Shown: positions 1 through 10,406 of the stretch, piece by piece
How positions within the stretch are numbered: position 1 is the stretch's first letter
Layout of the letters: each line of letters starts with the position of its first letter
Assembly: GCA_030637025.1 (NCBI GenBank)
Contig: DAOVVV010000007.1
Location: forward strand, 1 to 64,000
DNA length: 64,000 nt
Source of the DNA: Clostridia bacterium
GTDB lineage: Bacteria > CBDUZB01 > JAGLHV01
Direction of reading: 5' to 3'
Notes under the pieces: model-generated
Told to the model about the DNA's origin: nothing
Database searches by the model: none
The model's input: only the letters and a program-made list of their open reading frames with translations
Position numbers and translations under genes: made by a program

Positions 1-9
1 AGGAGACAA

Positions 10-258
10 ATGACATTATTATACATAGTAATAGTAATAATTTTTATCTTACTCATTGCATTTATTATTGAACAAAACAAAATAAACAAATTAAGAAAAA
101 TCGGGCTTTATCCCAAAAAAGGAACCGGAACGCTAAATGATGTAGAAAAACTTGTGAATGAAGGTCATAAGATAGAAGCAATTAAATTATATCGTGAAAT
201 AAAAAATGTGGGATTAAAAGAAGCAAAAGACGAAGTTGAAAAAATAACTAAAAAATAA
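10..258 (+). CDS. Small membrane-anchored protein with ribosomal L7/L12 C-terminal-like domain
   Basis: N-terminal hydrophobic helix; C-terminal GHKIEAIKLYREIKNVGLKEAKDEVE resembles the L7/L12 CTD motif; RBS aggag at 1-5. Confidence 0.7.
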   Translation: MTLLYIVIVIIFILLIAFIIEQNKINKLRKIGLYPKKGTGTLNDVEKLVNEGHKIEAIKLYREIKNVGLKEAKDEVEKITKK

Positions 259-323
259 TTAAAAACTTCCAACAAGTCACCCCTTACTTACAAAAATATA
301 ATTTTTTAAATAATAAATATTGC

Positions 324-352
324 TTGAATTAACAGGAGTTCCTTTGTATAAT
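324..352 (+). promoter_or_regulatory. Sigma70-type promoter of the aro operon
   Basis: TTGAAT-17 bp-TATAAT about 110 bp upstream of aroC. Confidence 0.55.
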
Positions 353-402
353 AAATATTATTATTAAGTGAGCAGATAGGGTGTGTTCTCGACGAAGAAA
401 TT

Positions 403-426
403 ACGCAGGCTAAAGCCTGCGGCTAC
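403..426 (-). repeat. GTAG-family REP-like palindrome
   Basis: Minus strand reads GTAGC-CGCAGGCT-TT-AGCCTGCG-T. Confidence 0.6.
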
Positions 427-459
427 CTAAAATAAATTAAATAATTACGGAGGGGAAAA

Positions 460-1599
460 ATGTTAAGATATCTTACCTCGGGTGAATCGCACGGGAAATG
501 TTTAACGGCTATTTTAGAGGGACTTCCGTCCGGATTAAAGATAGAGGGAAAGGATATAGATAAGGAGTTATTACGCAGACAGCTGGGTTATGGACGGGGA
601 GGGAGGATGCAGATAGAAAAAGATAAAGCGGAAATCCTTTCCGGATTATATAGGGGAAAAACTACCGGTGCTCCTTTTTGTATAATGGTTGCTAATAAAG
701 ACTGGAAGGGATGGGACAAAATGCCCTTACTTACTAAACCCAGGCCGGGGCATGCTGATTTATCCGGAATGCTCAAATATAATTTTCAGGATTTAAGGCC
801 GGTTTTAGAACGGGCCAGTGCCCGGGAGACAGCAGCCAGAGTAGGAGTGGGAGCGGTGGCTAAAAGATTATTAGCTGAATTTGATATTAAAATTTACAGT
901 CGTACAGTACAAATTGGTAATATTAAAGATGAATCTGTTTATAATCCGGCGAAAGGAAAGAGTAACGGGATAAAAGAAACACCCTTACGCTGTATAAATA
1001 AAAATATTGAAAAGAAGATGATTGCTTTAATCGACCAGGCTAAAGAAAAAAAAGATAGCCTGGGAGGGATATTTGAAGTAGGCGTGCTTAATTTACCGGT
1101 AGGACTGGGAAGTTTTGTTCACTGGGATACCCGATTGGATTCCCGGCTGGCGTTTGCTTTAATGAGTATTCAGGCGATTAAAGGGGTGGAAATAGGTTTG
1201 GGTTTTAGTTGTGCGGAGAGGTTAGGTTCAGAGGTACATGATGAAATATTTTATGAAAAGAAGCAGGGTTTTTACCGTAAGACTAATAATGCCGGTGGAC
1301 TGGAAGGCGGGATGTCTAACGGGGAGACGATTATTTTGCGGGCGGCTATGAAACCGATTGCTACTTTAGGTAAACCTTTATGGTCGGTAGATTTAAAATC
1401 TAAAAAACCGTATAAGGCTTGTGTAGAGAGAGCGGATGTTTGTGCTGTTCCGGCGGCAGGGGTGGTGGGGGAAGCAGTTGTGGCTTTTGAGGTTGCCCGG
1501 GCTTTAAAGGAAAAATTAGGAGGGGATAGTTTAGAAGAGATGAAGGCAAATTTTTCTAATTATAAAAAGTATTTGAAAATGGGGAATAAAAAAAAATGA
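460..1599 (+). CDS. aroC: Chorismate synthase
   Basis: TSGESHG N-terminus, PRPGHAD, ERASARETAARV and RAAMKPI motifs. Confidence 0.98.
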   Translation: MLRYLTSGESHGKCLTAILEGLPSGLKIEGKDIDKELLRRQLGYGRGGRMQIEKDKAEILSGLYRGKTTGAPFCIMVANKDWKGWDKMPLLTKPRPGHADLSGMLKYNFQDLRPVLERASARETAARVGVGAVAKRLLAEFDIKIYSRTVQIGNIKDESVYNPAKGKSNGIKETPLRCINKNIEKKMIALIDQAKEKKDSLGGIFEVGVLNLPVGLGSFVHWDTRLDSRLAFALMSIQAIKGVEIGLGFSCAERLGSEVHDEIFYEKKQGFYRKTNNAGGLEGGMSNGETIILRAAMKPIATLGKPLWSVDLKSKKPYKACVERADVCAVPAAGVVGEAVVAFEVARALKEKLGGDSLEEMKANFSNYKKYLKMGNKKK

Positions 1600-2120
1600 A
1601 TATTGTTTTGACCGGATTTATGGGAACAGGGAAAACAGCTGTGGGGAAAAGATTGGCAGAAGAAATAGGAATGCAGTACATTGATACTGATGAGATGATA
1701 GAAAAAGATGTAGGGATGAATATCCCGGATATTTTTAAACGACGGGGAGAGAAATATTTTCGTGAGGTAGAGACTCAGGCGCTTAAATGTGTGGCTATGC
1801 TGGATAATTTTGTGATTGCTACCGGCGGTGGGGTGGTGTTGAAAGAAGAAAATATGGAAGAGTTAGAAAAAAACGGGATCATTATCTGTCTGACTGCTTC
1901 TGCGAATACAATTTTGCAGAGAACCGGTAAAGATACTAACCGGCCTTTATTAAAAGGCGAAAATCCGGCAGATAAAATTAATCAATTATTAAAGGAAAGA
2001 GAACCTTTTTATAAACGGTGCCATAAGATGATTGATACTTCAGGGAAAGACATTAAGGAAATAATTGAGGAAATTGTTCCTTTTTTCAAGGAAGTCAGTA
2101 GCAGTAAAATCAAAAAATGA
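1596..2120 (+). CDS. aroK: Shikimate kinase
   Basis: GFMGTGKT Walker A, IATGGG, RPLL; overlaps the aroC stop. Confidence 0.97.
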   Translation: MNIVLTGFMGTGKTAVGKRLAEEIGMQYIDTDEMIEKDVGMNIPDIFKRRGEKYFREVETQALKCVAMLDNFVIATGGGVVLKEENMEELEKNGIIICLTASANTILQRTGKDTNRPLLKGENPADKINQLLKEREPFYKRCHKMIDTSGKDIKEIIEEIVPFFKEVSSSKIKK

Positions 2121-3226
2121 TTGAGAAAGAAAAAATGAAAGAAATAAAAGTAGATTTAAAAGATAAAAGCTATAAAATTTATGTGGGATGCAAATTGGAA
2201 GATATAGGTATCCGGCTTAAAGAATATAAGCCGGGCAGGAAAATACTGGTAGTCACTAATCCGATAGTAGAAAAATTTTATTTGGATACGGTAGTAAAAT
2301 CTTTGCAGGAAGCTGATTGGGATGTTTATACCGCTATTGTTCCTGACGGAGAGAAATATAAATCGCAAGCAGAAGTAAGTAAACTGTATAATATTTGTAT
2401 AGAAAAAAAATTAGATAGAAAATCGACGATACTTGCTTTAGGAGGAGGAGTAATCGGGGATTTAGCCGGTTTTCTTGCCGCTACTATTTTCAGGGGAGTT
2501 TCTTTTATACAGGTTCCTACTACTTTGCTGGCGCAGGTGGATGCCTCTATCGGCGGTAAAGTGGGGATAAATCATCCGCGGGGGAAAAATTTAATAGGTG
2601 CTTTTTATCAACCTAAGGCAGTGCTTATTGATTTGAATGTTTTAAAAACATTACCCCAACGGGAATTAAAGATAGGATTAGCCGAGACAATTAAATATGG
2701 GGTTATTCGTGATAAAGATTTATTTTTTTATCTGGAAAAAAACATACAGAGAATAAAAGATTTGGATTTGGTTTGTTTAGAACATATAATTCAGCGGGCA
2801 GATGCTATAAAAGCATTAGTAGTTCAAAAAGATGAGCAGGAAAAAGATTTAAGAAGGATTTTAAATTACGGCCATACAGCCGGTCATGTAATAGAAACGA
2901 TGATGGGATACAAAGGATATAAACACGGAGAAGCAGTGGCTATTGGAATGGTAGTAGCTAATAGAATTGCCCAAAAATTAGGGATGCTTAAGGTTCAGGA
3001 TGCTCAAAGAATAAAAAAATTGATTGAAGCGGCAGGTTTACCCACGGAAGTAGAAGAAAAATTGGCACTTGATGAATTTATAAATATTTTAAAATTAGAT
3101 AAAAAAGTTGAAGCTGGAAAGATTAATTTTGTTTTACCGACGGAAATAGGAGAAGTAGTCGTTCGTAATGATGTTCCGGAAGAGATAGTCGGTGAAATCA
3201 TAAAAGATGTTTGTAAATGTAATTAA
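2117..3226 (+). CDS. aroB: 3-dehydroquinate synthase
   Basis: GGGVIGDLAGF, PTTLLAQVDASIGGK, LNYGHT and HGEAVAIG motifs; alternative start at 2135. Confidence 0.98.
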   Translation: MIEKEKMKEIKVDLKDKSYKIYVGCKLEDIGIRLKEYKPGRKILVVTNPIVEKFYLDTVVKSLQEADWDVYTAIVPDGEKYKSQAEVSKLYNICIEKKLDRKSTILALGGGVIGDLAGFLAATIFRGVSFIQVPTTLLAQVDASIGGKVGINHPRGKNLIGAFYQPKAVLIDLNVLKTLPQRELKIGLAETIKYGVIRDKDLFFYLEKNIQRIKDLDLVCLEHIIQRADAIKALVVQKDEQEKDLRRILNYGHTAGHVIETMMGYKGYKHGEAVAIGMVVANRIAQKLGMLKVQDAQRIKKLIEAAGLPTEVEEKLALDEFINILKLDKKVEAGKINFVLPTEIGEVVVRNDVPEEIVGEIIKDVCKCN

Positions 3227-3268
3227 AAAAATTAGCCGAAAGTATTAAGAAACAGGGGGGACAATATA

Positions 3269-3721
3269 ATGAAAAAAATATTAGTAATTCACGGGCCTAA
3301 TTTAAATTTGTTAGGAGATAGGGAATCTAATTTTTACGGGACAAATACTTTGGAAGAAATTAATCAGCAGATAAAGAAGTTGGCCCGGGAATTAAATTGT
3401 CAGGTAGAGTTTTTACAATCAAACCATGAGGGAGTAATTGTTGATACTATTGGTTCTTCCAAGGGAAAGGTAGATGCAATTGTTATCAATCCTGCTGCTT
3501 TTACGCATACCAGTGTGGCTATTCGAGATGCTGTATTAGGGGTAAAAATTCCAACTATTGAGGTTCATTTATCCAATATTTATAACCGGGAGGAATTTCG
3601 GGCTAAATCATTAATTGCTCCGGCAGCGGTGGGGCAGATAAGCGGTTTTGGAGTAAACAGCTATTTATTAGCGCTTCGAGTAGCAGTAACTCTAATTAAA
3701 AAAAATGAAAACAAGAATTGA
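3269..3721 (+). CDS. aroQ: Type II 3-dehydroquinate dehydratase
   Basis: HGPNLNLLG, QSNHEG, INPAAFTHTSVA and EVHLSNI motifs. Confidence 0.98.
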   Translation: MKKILVIHGPNLNLLGDRESNFYGTNTLEEINQQIKKLARELNCQVEFLQSNHEGVIVDTIGSSKGKVDAIVINPAAFTHTSVAIRDAVLGVKIPTIEVHLSNIYNREEFRAKSLIAPAAVGQISGFGVNSYLLALRVAVTLIKKNENKN

Positions 3722-4754
3722 TTATTTAAAAAAAGTTTTACGAAAAAATAAATTAGAGGCATTTTTAATTAATAATCCCTCTAATTTCTTTTATTTTACA
3801 GGGGTTAAGTTAGATACGGGTTTTCTTCTGGTGACCAACTCCGTAGTATTGGTTTTTGTTCCGGATTTGTTATTTGCTGAAGCTAAATGTCGGATAAGAA
3901 ATTTTTTAGTGGTAAATCTGGATAAGCAGGAAAAGATAATAGAATATGTTCGCCGAAAACACATAAAGTCTTTAGGGGTAGAAAGTTCTATTAGTATAAA
4001 TTTGTGGCGGCAGTTAAAAAAAGAACTCAAGGGTGTCAATCTTATTTTACAAAATAATATTTCAGAGCAGCTTCGATTAAGGAAAGACAAAAAGGAGATT
4101 GCCCTGATTAGGAAAAGTGCCTGTATGGCGGTAAAGACCTGGCATCATATAAAAAACTGGGTGAAGAGTGGTAAGGAAGAGTGGGAAATCTATAATGAAA
4201 TTACCCGCTTTATAATAAAACAAGGTAAGGATTGGAGTATTGCTTTTGAGCCTATTGTTGCTTCCGGAAAAAAAAACACTGTTTTTCCACATTATCGGTT
4301 AAGAAAAAGAATAGTTAAAAAGAGAGATATAGTGTTGGTTGATTTTGGTTGTGAGTATTGCGGGTATAGAAGTGACTTGACAAGGATGATTTTTTTAGGT
4401 AGAATCATCAAATCTCATCAAAGTATATATAATTTATTGGGTGAAGCCAGAAATAGAGTTTTAGATAAAATAAGGCCGGGTATAGAATGCCGTATTCTGG
4501 ATAATACAGCCAGAGAAGTAATTAAAAAAGGTGGGTACGGTAAATTTTTTGTTCATGGGTTAGGGCATGGTGTGGGTATAGATGTTCATGAATTGCCTTA
4601 TTTAAATAGTCGAAGTAAAGAGGTTTTGACAGAAGGAATGGTTTTTACCGTAGAACCGGGAATTTATGTCCCCGGGGTTGGCGGGATGCGTATTGAAGAT
4701 ATGATACTGGTTACTAAAACAGGGTATGAAATACTTACGGAGGGAAAGAGATGA
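3705..4754 (+). CDS. Xaa-Pro aminopeptidase (M24 family)
   Basis: DFG...YRSDLTR, HGLGHGVGIDVHE, FTVEPGIY, RIED; usual aroQ-peptidase-efp context. Confidence 0.93.
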   Translation: MKTRIDYLKKVLRKNKLEAFLINNPSNFFYFTGVKLDTGFLLVTNSVVLVFVPDLLFAEAKCRIRNFLVVNLDKQEKIIEYVRRKHIKSLGVESSISINLWRQLKKELKGVNLILQNNISEQLRLRKDKKEIALIRKSACMAVKTWHHIKNWVKSGKEEWEIYNEITRFIIKQGKDWSIAFEPIVASGKKNTVFPHYRLRKRIVKKRDIVLVDFGCEYCGYRSDLTRMIFLGRIIKSHQSIYNLLGEARNRVLDKIRPGIECRILDNTAREVIKKGGYGKFFVHGLGHGVGIDVHELPYLNSRSKEVLTEGMVFTVEPGIYVPGVGGMRIEDMILVTKTGYEILTEGKR

Positions 4755-5308
4755 TTACTACAGCTGATTTTAAAAATGGAATAAATATTATATTGAATAA
4801 TCAGATTTTCAATATTGTTTGGTTTCAACACCATAAACCAGGTAAAGGGGGAGCAATAGTCCGGGTTAAGTTAAAAAATATTAAAAGCGGACAAATGCTG
4901 GAAAGGACTTTTCGTGCCGGGGAAAAAGTAGAAGATGCAAGATTAGAATCAGAAAAGAAAACTTTTTTGTATGCTACCCGGGATGAATATAATTTTATGG
5001 ATATGGAATCTTATGAACAATGTGTGCTTACCAAAGAACAGTTAAAAGATAAGGTTAATTTCTTGAAGGAAAATATGGAGGTCTCCGTATTATGGTATAA
5101 GGAGGAAATAATTGGTGTAGAATTTCCTATTACCGTAGATCTCAAGGTTGTTTATACGGAACCCGGTTTAAAAGGGAATACCGCTTCTACTACAACTAAA
5201 CCGGCAACATTAGAAACGGAATTAATTATACAGGTTCCTTTATTTATTAACATTGATGATATTGTGCGGGTAGATACTCGTACAGGGAAGTATTTACAAA
5301 GAATATAA
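4751..5308 (+). CDS. efp: Elongation factor P
   Basis: KPGKGGA loop, TEPGLKGNT, KPATLET, VDTRTG. Confidence 0.98.
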   Translation: MITTADFKNGINIILNNQIFNIVWFQHHKPGKGGAIVRVKLKNIKSGQMLERTFRAGEKVEDARLESEKKTFLYATRDEYNFMDMESYEQCVLTKEQLKDKVNFLKENMEVSVLWYKEEIIGVEFPITVDLKVVYTEPGLKGNTASTTTKPATLETELIIQVPLFINIDDIVRVDTRTGKYLQRI

Positions 5309-5341
5309 CATTTTTGAGTATAAAATGATCGGGGAGGAAAA

Positions 5342-5860
5342 ATGGATTTAAAACAAATACAAAGTTTTATTCAACTATTTGATGAAACGGATATTAATGA
5401 ACTTCTTTGGGAAAAAGACGGAGTAAAAATTGCTTTTAAAAAGGGGAACGGGGAAAATATTATTTTTAACCAAAAAATACTTAAGAGAAAAAGTAAGGCA
5501 GAAGAAAAACAACAAAAAATTAAAGGAGAAAAAGAAGAGTTATTTAACGATGATTTATTAAAAGAATTTCCCATTATTAATAGAGAAAAGGAATATGTTA
5601 CGATAAAATCCCGTATAGTGGGAACATTTCATCTTGCTCCTCCGGACAAGGCTTCTTTAGTAAAAGAAGGAGATAATATTAGAGTGGGACAGAAAATTTA
5701 TATTATTGAAGCAATGAAAATTTTAAAAGAAATTACTTCGGAAATTAAAGGTAAAATAATTAAAATTTTAGTAGATGATGGGCATGCGGTGGAGTACGGA
5801 CAAAGCTTGTTTTTAGTCGATACCTGTAAAACAGAGCATCAGGGAGGAAAAGATGTTTAA
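5342..5860 (+). CDS. accB: Acetyl-CoA carboxylase biotin carboxyl carrier protein
   Basis: IEAMK biotinylation motif, VEYGQSLF; directly upstream of accC. Confidence 0.92.
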   Translation: MDLKQIQSFIQLFDETDINELLWEKDGVKIAFKKGNGENIIFNQKILKRKSKAEEKQQKIKGEKEELFNDDLLKEFPIINREKEYVTIKSRIVGTFHLAPPDKASLVKEGDNIRVGQKIYIIEAMKILKEITSEIKGKIIKILVDDGHAVEYGQSLFLVDTCKTEHQGGKDV

Positions 5861-7202
5861 AAAAATATTGATTGCTAACCGGGGAGAAATAGCTTTAAGA
5901 ATTATTAGGGCATGTAAAGAATTGGGAATAAAAACAGTCGCGGTACATTCAGAAGCGGATAACAGTGCTCTTCATGTGCGCTTTAGTGATGAAAGTGTCT
6001 GTATCGGGCCCGGTCCCTCTGTAAAAAGCTATCTGGACATTCCTAACATTATTAGTGCGGCGGAAATTTCCGGAGCGGATGCCATACATCCCGGTTATGG
6101 TTTTTTGTCTGAAAATACTTATTTTGCCGAAGTATGTGAAAGTTGCGGGATTAAATTTATCGGTCCTTCTAAAGAGGCAATTCTTAAGATGGGGGATAAA
6201 TCTCAAGCAAAAGAAATAGTAAAAAAGGGAAAGATTGCTGTTATTCCCGGTAGCGAAGGAACTATTTCCAGTATTGAGGATGCAATGCAGTTAGCTTCTA
6301 AAATAAAGTATCCGGTAATTATCAAAGCATCTGCAGGGGGTGGAGGTAAAGGAATGCGTGTTGTTCAGGGTGAAGGTGCTTTGAGAAACGCCATTATGAC
6401 TGCTCAGAATGAAGCGCAGGCTGCTTTTGGTAACGGGGAAGTTTATATGGAAAAATATATTGAAGAACCCCGGCATATAGAATTTCAAATAATGGGAGAT
6501 AAAACAGGAGAAGTAGTATATTTACCTGAACGGGATTGTTCTATTCAGCGTCGGCATCAGAAGTTGATAGAAGAGTCTCCTTCTACGGCTGTTAATGCAA
6601 AATTACGCAAAAAGATGGGACAGGCAGCTTGTCGCATAGCAAAGTTAGTAAAATATGTTACGGTGGGGACGGTAGAGTTTCTTCTGGATAAAAAAGATAA
6701 TTTTTATTTTGTAGAAATGAATACACGGATACAAGTAGAGCATCCGGTAACTGAATTAGTCACAGGTATTGATTTAGTTAAAGAACAGATTCGGTTGGCC
6801 AGTGGTGAAAAATTAAATGTTAAACAAGATAAAATACAGCTTAAAGGACATGCCATAGAATGTCGGATTAACGCTGAAGATCCTGAGATGGATTTTATTC
6901 CTTCACCGGGTAAAATTACTAATTTTATTTCTCCGGGAGGGCCGGGAATAAGGGTTGATACACATATATATTCAGGATATGAAATTCCTCCTTTTTACGA
7001 TTCGATGTTAGCAAAATTACTGGTACTTAATAATAATCGTCAGGGGGCGATTTGCAGAATGCAGCGGGCTTTAAATGAATTTATAGTGGAAGGAATAAAA
7101 ACTACTATTCCTTTTCATAAAAAGGTTATGGAAAATGCTTTTTTTAAAAAAGGAGAAATTTATACTAATTTTATTCAGAGGAGAATTTGGCCGGAAAAAT
7201 GA
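5853..7202 (+). CDS. accC: Biotin carboxylase
   Basis: [37 protein letters not shown] and [10 protein letters not shown] motifs. Confidence 0.98.
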   Translation: MFKKILIANRGEIALRIIRACKELGIKTVAVHSEADNSALHVRFSDESVCIGPGPSVKSYLDIPNIISAAEISGADAIHPGYGFLSENTYFAEVCESCGIKFIGPSKEAILKMGDKSQAKEIVKKGKIAVIPGSEGTISSIEDAMQLASKIKYPVIIKASAGGGGKGMRVVQGEGALRNAIMTAQNEAQAAFGNGEVYMEKYIEEPRHIEFQIMGDKTGEVVYLPERDCSIQRRHQKLIEESPSTAVNAKLRKKMGQAACRIAKLVKYVTVGTVEFLLDKKDNFYFVEMNTRIQVEHPVTELVTGIDLVKEQIRLASGEKLNVKQDKIQLKGHAIECRINAEDPEMDFIPSPGKITNFISPGGPGIRVDTHIYSGYEIPPFYDSMLAKLLVLNNNRQGAICRMQRALNEFIVEGIKTTIPFHKKVMENAFFKKGEIYTNFIQRRIWPEK

Positions 7203-7780
7203 AAAAGAATAAAATACAAAATAAAATAAAAGAGATTTTACAAACGTCAATAAAAATAAACAATTGTATTATTGAAGATCAAACAGGTATGATTGAAAAA
7301 ATTGTACAGGTTATGGTAAATGCTTATCGTAAAGGTAAAAAGATAGTTTTTTTTGGTAATGGAGGCAGTGCAGCGGATGCTCAGCATTTGGTAGCGGAAT
7401 TTGTTTGTCGTTTTAAAAAAGACCGGATTTCTTTACCGGCTATTGCCCTTACTACCAATACTTCTCTTTTGACTGCTATTGGAAATGATAAAAATTTTGA
7501 TTCTATTTTTTCCCGTCAGGTTGAAGCTTTTGTTAAAAAGGGAGATATAGTTGTGGGGATTAGCACAAGCGGTAATTCTCCTAATGTATTGAAAGGGATA
7601 AAATGCGCTAAAGAAAAAGGGGGAATAACTATTGCTTTTACCGGTAGTAACGGGAAAAAATTATCTAATTTAGCTGATTTTTGTTTTGTTGTTCCATCTT
7701 CTGATGTACCGCGTATTCAGGAAATTCATATAATGGTAGGGCATATTGTTTGTGAATTAGTGGAAGATATATTGTTTTAG
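7199..7780 (+). CDS. gmhA: Phosphoheptose (D-sedoheptulose-7-phosphate) isomerase
   Basis: [25 protein letters not shown]; the ATG at 7199 overlapping the accC stop is preferred over TTG 7187. Confidence 0.96.
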   Translation: MKKNKIQNKIKEILQTSIKINNCIIEDQTGMIEKIVQVMVNAYRKGKKIVFFGNGGSAADAQHLVAEFVCRFKKDRISLPAIALTTNTSLLTAIGNDKNFDSIFSRQVEAFVKKGDIVVGISTSGNSPNVLKGIKCAKEKGGITIAFTGSNGKKLSNLADFCFVVPSSDVPRIQEIHIMVGHIVCELVEDILF

Positions 7781-7874
7781 TTTATCCAGCCGGTTTTTTG
7801 CTTCAGACGGAGGGAACGAACAGATTTATCGATAAAAAAATTATGATTTAAATTTTATTGTTGGGTTAAAAACG

Positions 7875-8357
7875 ATGACAACGAAAAAAATAAAATCTTT
7901 AACCGGATTAAAAAAAATAGTGCAGGGATTAAAAAGTAAAGATAAAAAAGTTGTTTTCACTAATGGGTGTTTTGATGTTTTTCATCCGGGGCATTTGTAT
8001 TATTTGGAAAAGGTAAAAACAAAAGGAGACTTCTTAATTGTTGCTATAAATAGTAATGATTCAATAAAAAGGCTGAAGGGAAAAAAACGGCCTTTAGTTG
8101 ATGAGAGGGAAAGAGCGGAAATGCTTGCCGCTCTTGAATGTGTGGATTGGGTAACTATTTTTAGTGAAGATACTCCCGGAAAAGTAATAAGAGAATTAAA
8201 ACCCGATGTATTAATAAAAGGGGGGGATTATTCTTTAAATGAAATAGTAGGAAGAGATTTTGTTGAATCTTATAAAGGGAAGGTTCTTACTGTTCCTTTG
8301 TTTAAAGGCTGGTCAAGTACAAAATTAATAGAAACAATTTTAAAGAAATATGGATAA
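7875..8357 (+). CDS. rfaE2: D-glycero-beta-D-manno-heptose 1-phosphate adenylyltransferase
   Basis: VFTNGCFDVFHPGH, KGGDY, SSTKLI; next to gmhA. Confidence 0.93.
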   Translation: MTTKKIKSLTGLKKIVQGLKSKDKKVVFTNGCFDVFHPGHLYYLEKVKTKGDFLIVAINSNDSIKRLKGKKRPLVDERERAEMLAALECVDWVTIFSEDTPGKVIRELKPDVLIKGGDYSLNEIVGRDFVESYKGKVLTVPLFKGWSSTKLIETILKKYG

Positions 8358-8829
8358 GGGAAAAAAAGAAATATATTATTTTGAAAACTTGCCGCAAGGT
8401 ATAAAAAGCGAAAGTTTATATTGTATAATTGATGTCAATTTGAATCGTGCTAAGGAAGGATTGCGTGTAGTAGAAGAGATAGTTAGATTTGTTTTTCGCC
8501 AAAAAGATGTTTATATAAAGATAAAAGAGACAAGGTTGAAACTATACAGAGTAGCTAAAAATATTTATCCGGATTTAATTTATGCACGTAGAGTAAATAA
8601 GGACATAGCAGTTAAAATCAAAGAAAAAAACAGAAAAAATTTGAAAGAATTATTAATTGCTAATTTTAAGAGAGTAGAAGAAGCTTTAAGAGTATTGGAA
8701 GAATTTTCTAAGTTGATTTCTTGCGGTGCAGGATATAAATTTAAGAGAATGCGTTTTGATATTTATGAGTTGGAAAAAAAAGTAGTAATTTTATTTTTAG
8801 AAAAGAGCCGAAAAAGAAAAAAGTGTTAA
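8350..8829 (+). CDS. ThiE-associated helical protein (ThiD2-type domain)
   Basis: IIDVNLNRAKEGLRVVEE and ANFKRVEEALRVLEE repeats; directly upstream of thiE. Confidence 0.8.
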   Translation: MDKGKKEIYYFENLPQGIKSESLYCIIDVNLNRAKEGLRVVEEIVRFVFRQKDVYIKIKETRLKLYRVAKNIYPDLIYARRVNKDIAVKIKEKNRKNLKELLIANFKRVEEALRVLEEFSKLISCGAGYKFKRMRFDIYELEKKVVILFLEKSRKRKKC

Positions 8830-9455
8830 CGGATAAAGTGCTTTACCTTATTACTTGTGTTCCTTCCCCGGGAATAAACTATGAAAAAATGGTCGAAGAA
8901 GCGATTATTGGCGGGGTGGAAATTGTTCAGCTTCGGGCTAAGGAATTGAGCAGGAAAGAGTTAATGCGGTTAGCTTGCTCTTTAAGGGAAATTACCTTTA
9001 AATATAAAATAATTTTTATTATTAATGATTGGCCGGATGTTGCCCTGGCTTCTCAGGCTGATGGTGTTCATCTGGGGCAGGATGACTTAGAAATAACTTA
9101 TGTGCGCAAATTGATGGGTGATAAGATAATAGGGGTTTCTACCCATACCCTTGAAGAAGCACGGGCCGCGCAGGAAAAAGGTGCGGATTATATAGGTGTT
9201 GGGCCGATTTTTAAAACTGTCACAAAGCCGGATTTGAGACCCGTAGGATTAGATTTAATTGCTGAAATAAAAAAAGAAATAAAAATACCGTTTTTTTGTC
9301 TGGGGGGAATAGACTCAGATAATATTAAGCAAGTTATAGAAATCGGTGGAAGAAGGGTTGCGATAAGTAGTGCTATTTGTAAAGTTCGTAGTTTAGAAGA
9401 AGTAGGAAAAACAACGCATAATCTTAAAAAAATGCTTTTAGAATCGAAAAATTAA
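8823..9455 (+). CDS. thiE: Thiamine-phosphate synthase
   Basis: VQLRAK, IIND, ADGVHLGQDD, IGVSTH, GPIFKTVTK; GTG start. Confidence 0.96.
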   Translation: MLTDKVLYLITCVPSPGINYEKMVEEAIIGGVEIVQLRAKELSRKELMRLACSLREITFKYKIIFIINDWPDVALASQADGVHLGQDDLEITYVRKLMGDKIIGVSTHTLEEARAAQEKGADYIGVGPIFKTVTKPDLRPVGLDLIAEIKKEIKIPFFCLGGIDSDNIKQVIEIGGRRVAISSAICKVRSLEEVGKTTHNLKKMLLESKN

Positions 9456-9928
9456 TGTGGAATAAAGGATTATTTTTATTTTTTTATTTTTTATGTGCCC
9501 ATTTGATGACCGAATTTGTTTTTCATTTTAGGAAACTCTGGGAATGGGAAAAAAAGTCAAGTTGGGGTATTATTTTACATAGTGCTATTTTTGGATTTTT
9601 AAGTGTAATTTTATTTTTTCCCTTTTTAAATCGGGGGCTGATGTGGTGGTACATAATATTTTTATCTTTTATGCATTTTGTTATTGATTTTTTTAAAGTA
9701 TCTCTTTTACAGGAAAGAAAAGATGCAGATGCAGTAATGATTTTAGATGAATTTAGCCATCTTTTCTGGATTGGGTTTGTTTCTTTTTTTGGAGCAAAGG
9801 AAATTTATGCTCCATGGATGTCTTTAGGAAGAAAATGTGATTTTTATTTTTTCCCGGTTGTTATGTGTGCAGTAATTATTTTTTTATCGAGGAAGGAAAT
9901 AAGCCGGCAATTCAGGGGAGAAAAATAA
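9455..9928 (+). CDS. DUF3307-like membrane protein
   Basis: AHLMTEFVF, LHS, HFVIDFFK and DEFSH conserved His pattern across several TM helices. Confidence 0.7.
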   Translation: MWNKGLFLFFYFLCAHLMTEFVFHFRKLWEWEKKSSWGIILHSAIFGFLSVILFFPFLNRGLMWWYIIFLSFMHFVIDFFKVSLLQERKDADAVMILDEFSHLFWIGFVSFFGAKEIYAPWMSLGRKCDFYFFPVVMCAVIIFLSRKEISRQFRGEK

Positions 9929-10036
9929 ATATATTATGAGTTTGTTTTGAGGAGAATTAGACTAATTTTTATTTTAGATTATAAATCGTTTGATAAAAGA
10001 AACTTGGTCATAAAAAAGTTTTAAGGGAAGGTTTTT

Positions 10037-10369
10037 ATGAGTCAACAAAGAAATATTAAAAAATTTAGTTTGTATGCGTTTTTAGTATTTGCGATTGGGT
10101 TAGGAACCGTAGGTTGCGGAGTCCTTAAAGTTGTGGGTTATGGAACTCTTGCCTGTTTAACACTGGGAAGCGCGGTCCATACCACCATAAAGTATGAACA
10201 TAAAGGTACGATTAAAAGAGTTGAGGTGAAGGAAAAGAATACTGTGATTTATTTTGAAGATGATATTAGCTATGAAGTTATTGGCCATCCATCTGTGATG
10301 CCGGGTTATTTTGTTCACATTGAGAAAATAGAGAACGGTTTTAAAGTAAAAAGCCCGCATATTAAATGA
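10037..10369 (+). CDS. Hypothetical lipoprotein
   Basis: Signal peptide ending in the TVGC lipobox; small beta-rich C-terminal domain. Confidence 0.6.
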   Translation: MSQQRNIKKFSLYAFLVFAIGLGTVGCGVLKVVGYGTLACLTLGSAVHTTIKYEHKGTIKRVEVKEKNTVIYFEDDISYEVIGHPSVMPGYFVHIEKIENGFKVKSPHIK

Positions 10370-10406
10370 TTCAGTTTTATTAATCTGTAAATGAGAGGGA
10401 GAAAAA

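Noticed and set aside
8350..9455. Frameshifted ThiD2-ThiE fusion
   Set aside because: Both ORFs have their own starts and look complete, and separate genes are a known arrangement.
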